From assembly GCF_036321535.1 (NCBI RefSeq), contig NC_087451.1, positions 41,540,001-41,604,000 of the forward strand: a stretch of 64,000 nt of DNA, given 5' to 3'. The notes under the pieces were generated by a model. That model did no database searches and was not told where the DNA came from. It saw nothing but the letters and a program-made list of their open reading frames with translations. Shown piece by piece: positions 23,291 through 37,158 of the stretch. The DNA is from Camelus dromedarius (taxonomy: Eukaryota). Position 1 is the first letter of the stretch. Every line of letters starts with the position of its first letter. The translations under genes were made by a program, and so were the position numbers.

Positions 23291-25480
23291 TGAGGGACCC
23301 CAAGACTCCATGTTTCTCCTTCTCTTCCAGGAAAGGACTTTATAGACTCATTTATACTAAGATGTGACTGACTGACAAGACTTCATGAACATTTTATAGG
23401 GATAGTTGGTGTTTTACTCTTAGCAAGTGGCTCTAAGAGAGGAATTTCAGAATTTTTAGAGCTAGATAGGACTTTAAAGGAAATGTTAAAGTTGTTTTTA
23501 TCCTCCCTCCAGAGGAAAAATTAGTACAAAGGGTCTGACAAAGGATTGCCACTCTGCCTGGTGGTCCCTGAGCGGGTATGCACACTGAGGTGTTGGAGTT
23601 CAGGAACCTTGGTATTTGTGAGGACATTTGGGACAAAATACCAGAAATTGTGAGTCTGCAATGTCTGACAATCCAAAACCTAAACACGTGGACTATTTAA
23701 TCCTTTCTTCTGCAGATGAAGAAACTGCAAACTAGAGAGGAGTGACTTGGCCAAGGTGACACCATGGGTTATAATTCATTCCTAGCCCACTGAATGGTGG
23801 TGCCCATTGAGGGGTGAGTGAGAGTGTGTGGGTGGAGAAGAGGTGGGATCTAAGGAGGCCAACCAGGGTGTCCTCTGGGAAGGTGGCTGCCTACTCCATA
23901 AAGCCTGCACACTTAAAATAAAACAGCTCAGCCTGGCTCCCTGCCCCCACAAAACATGGCCTCCGCCTTGGCCCTGCCAGCTAATTCCTTGACCCTTAAT
24001 GCCCGCCCCAGTATCAGGGCAGGACCCAGACCCCAGGTTTACCCCCTCCCTAACACCAGCGGAGACTGGATGTTAAACAAGGAAAGGTGAACCCACAAGC
24101 TAACTATTTTTAGTCCAAGAATTGGTTGCCAGGGACATTAAGCTAATTCCCTGCCGTATATCAAGAAAGCGACAGTGAAGCCATTTGCAGGGTCTAATTG
24201 TGGGGATTTATTGTAAAATGCAACTTGTCAGCTCAGTGCCTGGGGTTCAATCTCCTTGCTGTGGGAATTTGAGCTATCTGCCGATTCCTTGGGTGGAGGG
24301 GAAGGGAGTGGGGTGGAGAAAGGGCAGGCACTGTGCTCTGAACCCTGGATAACTCTCAGCTGACCTTGCACCAAGAGTTCTTGAGCCCAGGAGAGGGCAA
24401 AGAAGTTAAAACGGACTGAGACTTGACTATGGATCAAGCAAGAAGGGCTGGGGCTGCCAGGCCCACATTTGACAAGACTCAACCTTGACTTTCTTTGTCC
24501 CTTCAGATCTGGAAAAGCCTCCTGCAGGAATCACACTGATAACTTTCCTTCCTGGCTGTGGACCATAGCACAGGAGGCCACAGACTTGGGTTACAGCAGG
24601 ATGGATTTTCAGTTAGACAAAAGGAGGACCTCACTGACATGAGAGTGATTTGATGGAGACAAAGAGGTAATAATGTCTAGTCTTGCTGTCGTTTTTCTGC
24701 CCAAAGGAGCCCACAATGTGCCAGGCACGCAGGGGCACCTTGACAGGGTCTTATTTAACCCTCTGTATCCATTGCACATTGCATAGATTTAGAAACTGAG
24801 GCTCAGGTGAAGAGACTCACCTGAGGTCGCATGGCAGCCAGGAGAGCAGAATTGGAATTTTAAGCAGAATATATACAACTCCAGAGCTCTGCTCACCAAC
24901 TCTCACTGACATAGGATCCTAGGAGACAGAAGGAAGGGGTCTTTTTCCCCTTGTTCCTCCACGCCTAGAATTTTGGGCAAAAAACATCCATCCATCCATC
25001 CACCCAACAAATGTGCCAGGTGCTGCGTCAGGCCTCTGGGATATAGAAATAGAACACGGCACCCGCCCACAAGGAGCCCACGTGGAGAGGTCATTTCATC
25101 CAGCCCCCTGACTCATCTCATCCTCTTCAAAGATAACAGTCTGCATTTCAAACAGCTCAGTAAAGGAAGGGCTGCAAACATCCCTGTGTCAGGAAAATTT
25201 GGGAAGATTCTGGTATCCCAAGTAAGGAGTATGGGAAGGACGGCTTGGACTCTTAGCATCTTGGGGGAAGGCTAGACGCAGGCCTACTTTCTTTATTTAG
25301 AAATGTGGAGTAATGATGCAGAACCACCTTATGGGAATGTTAAATGAGAAAAGAAAGGTTGAACACCACTGGCCATGGGTTCAACTTTCCTGAGACGAGC
25401 TAAATTTGGGTTGATCATTATAGCAAAACTCTGTGATCATGCATCCAGGTATATGGTTACTCTTTACAATTATTTTAAAG

Positions 25481-25481
<1 letters not shown>

Positions 25482-25519
<38 letters not shown>
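25482..25519. repeat. (TA)19 microsatellite
   Basis: Direct reading. Confidence 0.97.
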
Positions 25520-25520
<1 letters not shown>

Positions 25521-25569
25521 CTACCACAGAACTTGTGCATGCTGCAGAAATCAAAAGGTTCACAGAGGA

Positions 25570-26152
25570 TATCCTGAAATTTTTCCTTCCTTCCCTGCGC
25601 TCAGCCTCCTAATTCCTCTCTCCAGAGGCTCCAGGTTTTCAGTTTCCTGGCATACTCCCAGTGACCATCTATTTACATAAACAAGCAATTATGGATGTAT
25701 ATTCTTTTTGTTTCATACAAACCTGATTTTCTGCACTTTGCTATTTTCCACTTAATTTGTCTTGGAGATTATCTCAGATCAGTCCATAAAGAGTGTCCCC
25801 ATTCATTACTTTTTATGGCTGCATAATAGTCCACTGATGGGATGAACCATGATCTACTCAATTTGTCCCCAGCGATGGACATTTAGATGTTTCTCATCCT
25901 TGGCTCTTACAAGCAGTGTTGCAAAACAAACAAACAAAAACCAGCCAAGAACTTCCCAAACACCATAACAGCAAAAACAAAAAAAAACAAAAAAAACACA
26001 AAAAAAACCAAAAACCAACTTGTTTGTACATCCTTTGGTGTTTATAAGAGTATATCTATAGGATAAACTTCCAGAAGTAGAACTGCTGGCCCATGAACAT
26101 GTGCATTTATAACTTTGATACTTATTGCCAAATCATCCCCCAGATAGATTAC
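25570..26152 (-). mobile_element. Old L1 (L1ME-like) fragment with an internal A-rich microsatellite-like expansion (about 25923-26018)
   Basis: ttttatggctgcataatagtccactgatgg...gatggacatttagatgtttc...ataggataaacttccagaagtagaactgctgg...ttattgccaaatc is an inverted L1 ORF2 end/3'UTR. Confidence 0.7.
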
Positions 26153-26163
26153 CTCAGTTTATG

Positions 26164-26410
26164 CTGTCTTAGGGTGGGCTTCCTCAGAAGCACACCCTGG
26201 GATAAGGATTTGAGAGCAGGTGATTTATTTGGGGATGATCCCAGGAAGCCTAGTAGGGAGTAGGGAAGTAAGACAGGGAAGGGGAGGAAGCCAAGCAAGT
26301 TACCCCTGTGGTGACTGGAGCTTAATCCCATCGAGGCATTTGGGGAGCCCATGTGGGATGCATGCCTCAGAGTTATTCCAGTGGGAGGTGCGAGGGTAGG
26401 ACTCCTTAAG
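26164..26410 (-). mobile_element. ERVL LTR fragment (LTR33/LTR16-like)
   Basis: gggcttcctcagaagcacaccctgggataaggatttgagagcaggtgatttatttggggatgatcccaggaagc. Confidence 0.6.
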
Positions 26411-27559
26411 AAAAGTGGATGTCCTGTTGCCCCACACCTTCACCAAAGACATGTAGCTATTCTGGAAGCCCAGTCCTCCTTCCCGTGACACCCCAACCCC
26501 TTGCCCCGTCCTGCTGCCCCATCCCAGGCTGACATCTGATCGGCTGCCCTTGCAGGGTCCCTCCTGGCTGCTGAGCCCTGGAGAAGGTCCAGAGGCATGT
26601 CTGGGGTACCTAAATGCTAGGCTCCCTAAAAGGAAGCTATCTCAGGCCTTTCCTTTGTGCCCTGAGCCCACCTTCTGGGCATTAGTACAGAAAGTGCTCA
26701 TGCCATAATTATTTAATTGGTCCAAGATAAGATTCTTTGTTCCCCAGAACCCAAACCCTGCATGTGAACCCCGTGAAGGGGCAAGGTCATGCGCTGAGGA
26801 CACAAACATAAAGGCCTGTGGAAGCAGGTGGGCAGGGCTGTGCAGCGGAGGTAGGGTTGGCCCTCAGGGCCCCAGGACCCTTTCCCCTCCTCTCCTGGCT
26901 CCCTACTCCTGCTCTCCCAACCCTCTCCCCATCAGGCTGGGACAGAGCTCCAGCCCCGGCCCCCACCTGAGGCCCCTGAAGAAAGCTGTGGAGAAGGGGG
27001 CACTAAGGGGAGCAAACCACCTGTCCAGTAAGTTGCTGATGAACTGCTCTGTGGTGACTTCTCACCTGCTCTCAGGATGCTGTGCCTTCACTTGCCTTGT
27101 TTAATGATGGCTACCCTCCCTGCTAGAACATTAGCAGTCAGCCTCAGATGAAAAGGGGTAAGAGGAAGCACAATACTCTACCCAGGAGGCTCAGACCAAG
27201 ACCATGGTCAGGGGTATTTGCCCATAAACTAAACCTGCAGCCTTCAGTGACATAAACAAGGCATTAAGGTGGGAACAGAAATGACCACCCTGACACTGAC
27301 TGAACCATGCGGACATATTAGCTACGACCCCTTCTACCCAAGTCCTTTTTCTGCTTGACTGTTAAGAGAAATGCAAGAGAGAAAACCCAGCACTCATGAC
27401 AACTGGCTCAGTGTCAAAGATGGAGATAGGGCAAGTTCAAGGAATCTGGAAGCCTGGTCAGCATCCCTCACCCCGCCAAAGCCAGCTGGTGAACATGCGC
27501 CAACGCCTGGCTCCTCCCTAGATTTCAGCTTACTTCTTTGTCAAATAAGGATGCTTTAC

Positions 27560-27880
27560 TAAATTCTATTGATAAATGCGCATTGAGCACTGATGACACA
27601 TCAGGTAGTAGGGAACCAAAACTGAGCAACATGTGGTTCCTGCCTTCAAGGAGCTTTCTGTCCAGTGGGACAGAAAACCAATCAACTCCAACCAACTCCA
27701 CCTGAAAGGAACAGAATAAAGTGATACCTAAGTGTAGTGGGGCACAGATAAATAACTAGTTAATTCTCCATGGGTGGGAAGTAGAGAAACACCACAGAGA
27801 GCCTGAGGACATCTGAAGTAGGTGTCAAAGGATGGGTAGGAGTTTTCCAGAAGGACCTCAGTAATCTTTTCAGTATATCC
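27560..27880 (-). mobile_element. L2 3' fragment
   Basis: gcattgagcactgatgacaca...gttcctgccttcaaggagctttctgtccagtggga...gacatctgaagtaggtgtcaaaggatgggtaggagtt. Confidence 0.65.
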
Positions 27881-30800
27881 AGTGCCAAAATTCTGCTCCC
27901 CAGGCCACCTTAGCTTTTCCAAACTGCATCCTACAAACTCTAGGATCTTCAAAATGTAAATTAAGTGTCCACAAGGAAAAAGAAGTTTCCATGACAGAAG
28001 AGGTTTCGGAAGCGATGAGTTCAAACTAAACAAGTTTCCTTTCGTAGGACTTCTCAGAATCTTTACTGTGCTCATTGCATTATGAATGTCTAGGAAGGGG
28101 CCAGAGACTAAGAATGTCCCTTCTTGCCTATCCTCATCTTGAACCATTCCATGGAGTCCAGCTGCGAAAGGGCTTGCCTCGGGGATTTCCAGGTGAGCAG
28201 GGACTCTGGCAACTGGGCAGAGGTCTGGGCTGGGTCCCAGCCCCCTCCCTGCCACGCAGGTCCTGCAGCTGATTATCCATCCACACAGGCAGGCCTTTAC
28301 GGGCCCAGTAATCTCCAGAGGGCTCTTGTCCTGTTTCCCTCTCCACTTACAGCCAGGCAGGAGGCCCCATGCATGCTAAACAGGCCTGCCCCTCAGGCCC
28401 CAGAATGGAGAGCTGGGCTTCAGATGGAAGGCCGAGGAGGAAGGCGAATGCGTCTTTCACCAGCCAGGTGCCCATATCCCACCTGCCTATGTCAGGATGG
28501 GGTGCTTCTGCTGTCCCTGGCCTCATGCCACAGCTGGCCATGGTGGGCATTTCTGATTCTACTTGGCAGCACAGGGCTTCTGAAGCAATGGTCTCTTATC
28601 TGGAAGCCCCATCTTGCCTCAAGGGAGAGCAGAGCTGGACAGGAGGGGAAATCCAGACCAGGGGAACACAGACTAAGGCCACATTCCCCTCCTCCCCTTC
28701 CTCCCTCCCTCTCTTCTTTCCCTCCATCCATCTTTCCTTCCTTCCCTCATCTCTTCCTCCCTCCTCCCCCCCTTTTCTCCCTCCTTTCTTTCCCTCTATC
28801 TAATCTTATATCCACCCATCCATTCACCCATCCAATTCAAAGTCCCTCAAAGCCCCTATTCTGTACCAGTCACTGTAGAATTCACCAGATGTCTATTGCT
28901 GATAAAGGATTCCTTCCTTTCCTCCCTGCCCCAGTGATTTCTTTCTTTCTCCTCCTCTGTTCCTTCCTTCTCCCTTTCCCACTTCCTCCCTTCCCTTCCC
29001 TTCTCCCTACTTTCCTTCCTCTGCCTTTCTGGACCCAACTCCCTTGGACATGCCCTGAGTGCTCCAGAGGGAAGCTCAATGCCCACCACACTGGATGCAC
29101 CGAAACAGGGGAAAGGGATAGGCTGCTCTGATCCCAGGATAAACTCTCTGGTATTTAAGTGCCCAGGGAAGCAGAATGAAGGAGCAGGGCAAAGATAGGC
29201 CCAGAGAAAGGAATCAAACGTTACTGAGAGCTTACTAGTGCTGAGCGTGTGCTAATTACATACACTAGGTAATTTCCTTGGCTCAAAAATGCAGTGAAAG
29301 TGGTGCCAACATTCACATTTTTGCCCTTGAGGTACCCGAGGCTCAGAAAGGTTATGCTGTGGGCCCAAGGTCACACAGGAGCAAGAGGAGGACAGAGGCT
29401 GTTGACTCCAAAGTGCCTGTTTCTTGGAGGAGGTGACACGGAAGCAGATATTGAAGGAAGTGATGGGCTGGACTGCTGGAGAGGCTGGTGAACCGAGGCT
29501 GAGGGGCAAGAGTGAGTCCATAGGAGGCTGGCCTGCCTGGGGCTGGTGGTGGAATCCACCAGGTTGGGGAACAGAGGTGTAATAGGATGAGAGAAAAGCT
29601 TGCTGAACAAAATTGCTGGCAAGACCAGAGGGAGGGACTGGCTTCCCAGAAGCAGTTCTTCAAAGACCCCATGACAGAAAAGGTTTCTGGCCAAGGTAGT
29701 GGAAGTGACACTGGGGAATCCTTGCAAAAGTCACTCAGACTGTGAAATGTAAGCTTCTTGGATTTATCTGCCTCAGGTTATGTTATGGTATTGATTTTCT
29801 TCTAATACAATTTCATACTGATTTTTTTAAAAAAGAAAAATGAGAATGATGCCAGTGGAGACAGGGAACTTGGCTGTAAATGGTATGATATAAAGGTTCC
29901 CCACGGGCAATTGGGCACAGTCCCCTGGAGGAAGGGGGTGGTCCCTCCACTGGGTGCAGGAGGGTGCCTGGGGTTTGGCGAGTGGGCATGAGAAAGGCGC
30001 AGGGGTCCAAAAGTTCCCCCAGACTTCAGTCCCTGCCTGCTCCCTTTCCTCCCACCATCCTGACTGGGTTGGATCAGACACCACTTCTATCAGTCATGCC
30101 TCTGCTCAGACACCTGCACACATGTTCCTCTGCCTGCCATTGGGGGTCCTTCCCGCAAAACCTGGCTGCTGTGTACCTGGGGAAACCACATCATCTCTCT
30201 GAGGCTCACTTTTTCTGCAAAAAGAGAATAATGCCACTTTGTGGATGCTCTGTCTACTCCACAGGAGTGCTGTGATCACAGAAGATACAAGCACTTTGCA
30301 GAACCTAAAAGTTTCCCCCAACGGCAAGGGAGGAGGTGAGGGGCTGTTGATTCCCACTCACGTGCAGGGCAGGCTTCTCCTGCATCAGATGCCTCCCTCA
30401 TCCACACACTTCTTTTCTCTACACCTAAATCCTACTCATTTTCTGTTCCTGAAATGAAGGTGGCATTGGCAAGGCAGGACTATGCCCTGCAGGGGCTGGT
30501 TGGTTTCCCTTTGGCCACTGGTCCCCAAGTCAAGTAGCTGCTCCCACAGAGCATAAGGAAGAGGGGTGGTTTATTCCTCAGGAGCTGACACAACTCACAC
30601 ATTTCTGTTTGTAAATAGATTTTTTTTCATAAAGCAACAATATTAAAACAATGGTACCAATATTTATCTAACCCCTTTCTTTCTTTATTAAATTTAAAAT
30701 AAAATCTCATTTGGAGCAAGATTTAAAGTAACTGCAGTCCCTGAGTATAGATGGGTGCCTTCTGTCAACAAAACTATTATCAATCTCTGCTTAAGTTAAT

Positions 30801-31804
30801 TCTGGCTTCTTCCTTAGCCTCTCTGGAAATAATTTAGTTTTCAAAATCCAAGATCTGGAACTATCTATCCATAGACATTTGTAAGCAATTTGCAATTCTT
30901 TTAAGAAAGCCCTTCCCGGTACCTCAACCTGTCATGCTAATCCACCATTGAGTACTAATTATCCACGCAATTTACCTGCTTTCCTCTCCACTGCACCTTT
31001 CTAGTTCTTTCTTCTCAAGAAAAATTTGGCCTTTTAAAAAAGTAACCATAATATATCCGAAAGATTTATCATTCCAGGACTTCAGTCTTCTATAATTCAA
31101 GCCTTTCAGTCAGGAACACTCTCAGGCCCATGAGATGGCTTCCTTCCAAACCCCTGTGTTTTCCAGTCTCATCTCCCAACACACCCCTCTTGAGTCAGCC
31201 TCGCCAGCTCCCCACCACACCCTTGCCTCTGCTGTGTCCATGGTCTGGATTGCCCGTCCCTACCTAGCCCTCTTCAAGGCTCAGGACAAGCATTACCTCC
31301 TGCATAGAGCTTTCCAGAGCCCTACAAATGACCATGAATACTCCTTCCATTGAGTTCCTTTACACTCTGCCTAGTTGAGTGGTTAAGGATCAAACTGCCT
31401 GGGTCACCACCCCTGCCTTGCCTCTGCTCTACATGACCTTCATGAGCAGCTTAACTTCTGCAAGCCTGTTTCCCTCTAAAAATGGGGATGATGATAAAGG
31501 TACCTACCCCATAGGGCTGTTGTGAAGATTAAACATAAAAGTCTATGGGTCTGAGCTGACACATGACAATGGCTCCCAAATGATAGCTGATTGCAGTGGC
31601 CCAGACTACAGATCATGTGTAATGCCTGTTCCTTCCATTACACAGTGAGCTCCTTGAGGACACGGGCCAGGCCTTATTCATCTCGCGGCCCATTTATTAT
31701 CCATCAGGCCAGCTCAGGTCTGACCTCACCCATACGACCTTCCTTGAATGTTCTATCCCTCGTGGTCCTTTCTGTTCCCACCATCCTTCATTCTACCCCA
31801 TCAT

Positions 31805-32290
31805 ATTCACTAGGATTAAGTTTGGGTACAAATGAATGACCTAAAAAAAAAAAAAAAAAGGCAGTAGCTTGAAGGAGATGAAAGTCTGTTTCTCATGCAG
31901 AAGTCCGTGCAGGTAGATCAGGTTCGATTTGGTGTTTCCATTTCAGGGCCTCACCCTATTGCCCTACCAGGTATGACCTCCGTGAGCTCATGACTCCCAA
32001 CTTCCTGCTCCCATATGGCAGCACTCATGCCCCTGGCAGCCAGTGGAGGAAGGGACAAAGAGGATGGGTAAAGAGTGCACTGGTACTCTCTTAAGGAAGT
32101 CCCAGGGGCTCTAACAGGACACTTCCACTTATCTATTGGCCAGAACTTAGTCGCATGGCCACACCCACCTGCAAAGGATGTTGGGAAATGTAGTCCTTAT
32201 TCTGGGCAAACTTGCACGCAGCTAAAATTTCTCCTTCTATCAGAAAGAGGGAGAACAGATATTAAGGGGGAGACTAACAATCTCTACAAT
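31805..32290 (-). mobile_element. Old MaLR LTR (MLT1J/K-like)
   Basis: cttatctattggccagaacttagtcgcatggccacacccacctgcaaaggatgttgggaaatgtagtcctt is a characteristic MLT1 segment. Confidence 0.7.
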
Positions 32291-32310
32291 CACTACACAA
32301 TGTAACATAA

Positions 32311-32650
32311 TTATTTTTATATTAAAATTTAAAAATGTTTTAATTGTGGAGAATACACATAACATAAAATTTACCATCTTAACCATTTTTAAGTGTACAG
32401 TTTAGTAGTGTTAAATGCATTCGCATTGCTATACAGTCAACCTCCAGGACTTTTTTCATCTTGCAAAACTGGTACCCTGTACCCATTAAACCANNNNNNN
32501 NNNNNNNNNNNNNNNNNNNNNNNNNNNNNNNNNNNNNNNNNNNNNNNNNNNNNNNNNNNNNNNNNNNNNNNNNNNNNNNNNNNNNNNNNNNNNNNNNNNN
32601 NNNNNNNNNNNNNNNNNNNNNNNNNNNNNNNCATGCTGTCGTGCATGTTA
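32311..32650 (-). mobile_element. L1 (L1MB-like) 3' end containing N gap 32494-32631
   Basis: aacataaaatttaccatcttaaccatttttaagtgtacagtttagtagtgttaaatgcattc...ccaggactttttcatcttgcaaaactg is the hallmark inverted L1MB 3' end. Confidence 0.85.
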
Positions 32651-33324
32651 ATACTTAATTTTATTGAGTCCCAATAGTCATTTCTGCTGTTCCTTGATGT
32701 TGCACTCGCCTCCCACTAGAATTGAAGATCTTTATTCATTTGCCAAAATTGTGTAGGAAGATTAATATGTGCCAACAAGAATGCTAGGTGCTGCGATGGA
32801 GGCTTGGAGCAAGGACAATGTTTGTGCTCCTCTCTGCCCCACAACACCTTTCCAAGGCAGTATTGGAGCATTCTGCTTCTTAATAAATACTTGTTCAGTG
32901 ATTGAAAAATCATGGTAACCTACCATCACTACGGTAGACCAGAGACCCCACAGACCACCTAACCATCTTCTCTCATGCCTTTTACCCAACTGGCTTCCCA
33001 CTTTAGACACGCTATCCCCAAGTCCCTCCTGTGTTCCCTGAAAACCCTTTTACTCAGCCTGTTCCCAGCAGTGTTTTTCCTTGCTTCTCACTGCAGGAGA
33101 AAGAGGGGAGCTTGGGAATGGTTTGGATTCTGTCTCTTGACTGGGGTTGGGAAAGAACAGGTGGGGGTGGGGCCGGGGAGTCAGATATGCCCCTCAGGGC
33201 GACCCCCTCCCCCAACTCACTTCCTCTCTCTGCTTTCTACTCACCAAGATTGAGTATACATATACAGGAGGTGTTCATGTATACACTTTGAACCTCGTGA
33301 GGGTAAAAAAGAAACAAACAAAGC

Positions 33325-33455
33325 CAGATTCTTGAGCCCTACTCCGAACCTACAGAATCAGAATTTCTGAGGATGAGGGACCAGAAATTTTAATTTCTAA
33401 CAAGCTCCCCTGATGATTTCGATGCAGCCAGCTTGGAGCTGGGAACTTCTAGTCT
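33325..33455. mobile_element. MER5-like hAT MITE fragment
   Basis: cctacagaatcagaatttctgaggatgaggg..ttctaacaagctcccctgatgatttcgatgcag. Confidence 0.7.
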
Positions 33456-34199
33456 ACAGAACGTGTCTGGAATTCGACCTCCCTAGGTCTAATGTCAGTT
33501 CCAGCACATATTTGCTATGCAACCTGGCCAAATTACTTAACCTTTCTGAGCCTCTTACCAACACATGCCTTATAAGGTGGTAGTGAAAATTACATGAAAT
33601 AGTGTGTGTAAAATATTTAGCACAGTGCCTGGCAAGCTCAGAACTTTAATAAATGGGGAGCTGATGTTACAGTTATTACTACATCGTTTATTATTATTAT
33701 TAGTTATTATTATCATCATCATTATTATCATGCAAGGGCCTGGCATACCCCACTCTAAGGACTGTAGTTTTGAAGAGTGCTGCCGCCAGGCAAGGCCCCC
33801 AGAGAGGGTGTGTCTCAAGTTGAAAGCCAGCCAGATAAAAGGCAGCAATAGGGCCATTTGCTAGATGCTGGTCTCAATGATAGTAAAAGCTCCAGGGAGA
33901 CCAGGGAGATGAAAGGAAGAGACTCGCCATGTTGGTGACATCACCCCACTGCAGTGACAGCTGCCCAACTCGCTCACCCCAGGTAACTCCAGCCGCTGCC
34001 ACCCAGCAGCTTTCTGCAGCAGAAGAAGAGACTGGGAGAAGCTTCAGAGCAGGGAAATCATTTGGGGGATGATCCTCTGGGCTGGAGCACGTTGCAGCTG
34101 ACACCACTCCAGGACCCCATGCTCCTGGGAGGGAATGGGAGCGAATTGGAGTAAGGTCCATGATGACAGAAGGATGGAAGTCCACGCTGGACTGGAGAT

Positions 34200-34790
34200 T
34201 TTTGTGTGCAGTCTCAAGACAAGGTGCCAATGCTGCCTCCTCCAAGTTGAGTTCAGGATGTCCCTGCACGTTCCTATCTCCACTGTAGCTTTAACCACTC
34301 TGCTCTGATTTTTCACTTGTCTGCCTCTCCCACTGGAGGGCAGCCACTTGTCCAATCTCATCTTAAACTTCTGTCTCCTCAGTCCTGCGCTCCTACTGTG
34401 CTGACCTCCTTTCTGTTCTCAAACCCACTGTGCTGTTTCCAGCCCCAGGGCCTTTGCATTTGCTATGCTCTTTCCTGGTCCTAGTCCCTGGCTCCTGGTT
34501 CTTTCTCCTCAGTCTTCAGGTCCTAGAGAGTTGCTCCCTAAATTGCCCCTGTCCAAACAGGTCACCCAACTGCTTTTTATCACAGCACCTACATATTTGC
34601 TTTGCAGCACCTACACAATCTAGAATCATCTTGCTTATTGGTTATATACTTGCTTATTGTCTGTCTCCTGTGAAGGGGAACATACGAGCTCCATGGTGGT
34701 AGGAATATCTGTCCTATTCGCCTTTCAATATCCAGAACCCCACATGGTGCTTGGTGCAGAACGGGAGCTTAATGCATATTGATGAATAGT
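34200..34790 (+). mobile_element. L2 (L2a-like) 3' end
   Basis: cagccccagggcctttgcatttgctatgctc...gagctccatggtggtaggaatatctgtcc...cacatggtgcttggtgcagaacgggagcttaatgcatattgatgaat. Confidence 0.75.
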
Positions 34791-35846
34791 TTCACTGTCT
34801 AGTCATCCCAGTCCTCAGAACCTGGCTCAGTGCCAGGAACCTGGAGCTGCCTAACGAATGTTCTTTGAATGAATAGTTGATACCCTCAGCCGCTTCTGAA
34901 TTGGTTTATTATTAAGAAATCTTCTCAGTGTGATCCTAGGGCTAGAAATCCATTTATTCAACAATACTTATTGAACAACTATGATATGCCAGGCACTGCA
35001 CTAGGCTCAGGGGACATAGCAGAAATTAGAGCCCTTTCATGGTCTAAATTATGGAGGAGAGGGTTTAGCTGGTGGGTTGTGTGTGTGTGTGTGGCATTTT
35101 CTGGGAGGTGGGTTTAGACGCTCTCAACATGTACTTTTCGTCATGTTCTGTTTTCTGAATTCAGGATGTTCCAACATGCCATCATCATTGTGGTTTTTGG
35201 TTTGGGTGTTTGCTGACAGGTTTTGAATGTTGGAGGCGAACCCCGACGAAATTGCTCTTTGTAGCAGGATCAAAGCAGGCAAAGCTCAGCAACAAATCTT
35301 CTCCCCTCTCCCCATGTTTGTCTCTCTGCTCCCACCCACCTCCAACCCAGCCTGCAACCAGGCACCTTTGTTACGGAGACTGATGGTATATGGACCAAGG
35401 TCTGAGAAAGCTTCTCCTGTGTTTGACTTTTATGGTAGAAATTTAGAGCCCTCAGTAGCCAGATCGGCACAGCTCCGTTAATCTGCGCCTATCAGCCAGG
35501 CTGAGGCAAAGGATTCCTAGGAAGACTTGGAATGGGTCCTGGGAGCTGGGGGCAGCCAGCTGGATGAGGGGCTTCAAAGTACCAGGAGTGGCCTTTCTGG
35601 CCAACATGTGGGGCACTGAGAAGCAGACCTTGAAACAAAACTAGCCCAGGGTGGAAGGGAAGCAGAGAAGATGGGGCAGGAAGTGACGAGAACTTACTTA
35701 TTTGGTACAAGAGAGGAGTCTGGAATTGCCTAAAGACACACGCTGCCTGTGGAGAGGGTTAGGAACCAGAAAGGGTTTCCAGTGACCCTGCATGATCCGG
35801 GGGCTGACAATCCACAGTCTCTAAAACACTAATGCCAGATTCTGCT

Positions 35847-36190
35847 TGCTATAGCCTGAATGTTTGTTTTCCCCACCCCAAAAATCTGTATGTTGAAACT
35901 TAATCCCCATTGTGGTGGTATTAGAAAGTGGGGCCTTTGGGAGATGATTAGGTCATGAAAGTGGAGCCCTCGTGAACGGGATTAGTGTTTTTGTAAAAAT
36001 GATCCCAGAGAGCTCCCTCATTCCTTCCACTATGTGAAGACACAGCAAGAAGATGGCTGTCTATGACACGGAATTTCCTGGTAACTTGATCTTGGACTTC
36101 CCAGCCTCCAAAATTGATAAGTAAATATTTGTTGTTTAAGCCACCCAGATTGTAGTATCTTTGTTATATAAGCCCAAACAGACTAAGCCA
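35847..36190 (+). mobile_element. MaLR solo LTR (MLT1A-like)
   Basis: Starts TGCTATAGCCTGAATGTTTG and ends GACTAAGCCA; internal cttggacttcccagcctcca and gttgtttaagccaccca; 5-bp TSD CTGCT/CTGTT. Confidence 0.9.
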
Positions 36191-36687
36191 CTGTTGATCT
36201 GCCTGGTCCCCTCAAACCTCTGAGGTACAATGACCAAACACACAAATACCCACTTAAGCTGAATCCTCTATTTCTCAGGACCACCCAACTCTTGTAAATC
36301 AGGCTTTCGGCCTGTGGGAGTTAGTGATGCCTATGACCCTGGCATCTTTCTGTGTCCCCCTCATCCCGCTGTAGTGTCCAAGCTCCTGGACTCTAGGAGA
36401 GGACCTCTACCTGCAAATGAGAAATCTCTGCCCAGAAAATTAGCCATGAACCCTGATGTGCCAGAGCTAGAAGGAACCTTGAGATCTTTAGTCCAACCCT
36501 CTCACTTTACAGAGAGAGTAGAGACCTGCCCAAGGGCTGGTGTTGGAATCTGGTTTTCCAGACTCTCACCTCACAGTTCTTATTCTACACACTGCCCACT
36601 ACACAATGGATGCTCTTGGCTGAATAACTGAATGACTCAGGGGCTGAATAGATGGATGGATGAATGGATGGATGGGTGGGTTGCTTC

Positions 36688-37154
36688 TATCAACTGAAAA
36701 TTGGCACTTGCCCTTACCTCTGCTTGGATGAAATCATGAATCACTGCAGCCACTGACCTCCAACACTCTTTGAAAAGAATTCAGGGTGGAGGTCAGAATG
36801 ATTCACTCCATGCTCTGGGAAAACTGATGGAACAGACCTTCGATACTTGGATATTTCCAGGAGAAGATTTTCTGAGCACGAATTCTTACATCTCCTCAAA
36901 TCTAGAAAAGCACTAAAATCATTAACAGTGACAGCTGCTCCTCAGGACTAGCAGCAAGCCTCTGCCTAAATGTGTGCTTGACTGCACGTGTCCCCCCTTC
37001 ACTAAAATCATACATAATATTGAGTTCCCACATCTATTTGGAGCAGTTTCTCAGAGCTTTCTGAAATGTGGTCTCCCACGCTATAGTCCTTATTTTACCC
37101 CAAATAAAATTTAACCAACAGCTCTCACGTTGTGTGATTTTATTTCAGTCGACA
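36688..37154 (+). mobile_element. 5' LTR (467 bp)
   Basis: Starts TATCAACTGAAAATTGGCAC and ends GTCGACA; AATAAA at 37103-37108; aligns end to end with the 3' LTR. Confidence 0.9.
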
Positions 37155-37158
37155 GTTT

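Noticed and set aside
28124-29131. Longest ORF in the track (335 aa, + strand)
   Set aside because: Starts at TTG, the C-terminal half is a translated polypyrimidine tract (P/S/F/L-rich), and there is no recognisable domain.
36810-36825. CTCTGGGAA in both LTRs as a STAT/GAS site (by analogy with MER41)
   Set aside because: One mismatch from TTCNNNGAA in both copies at a critical position.
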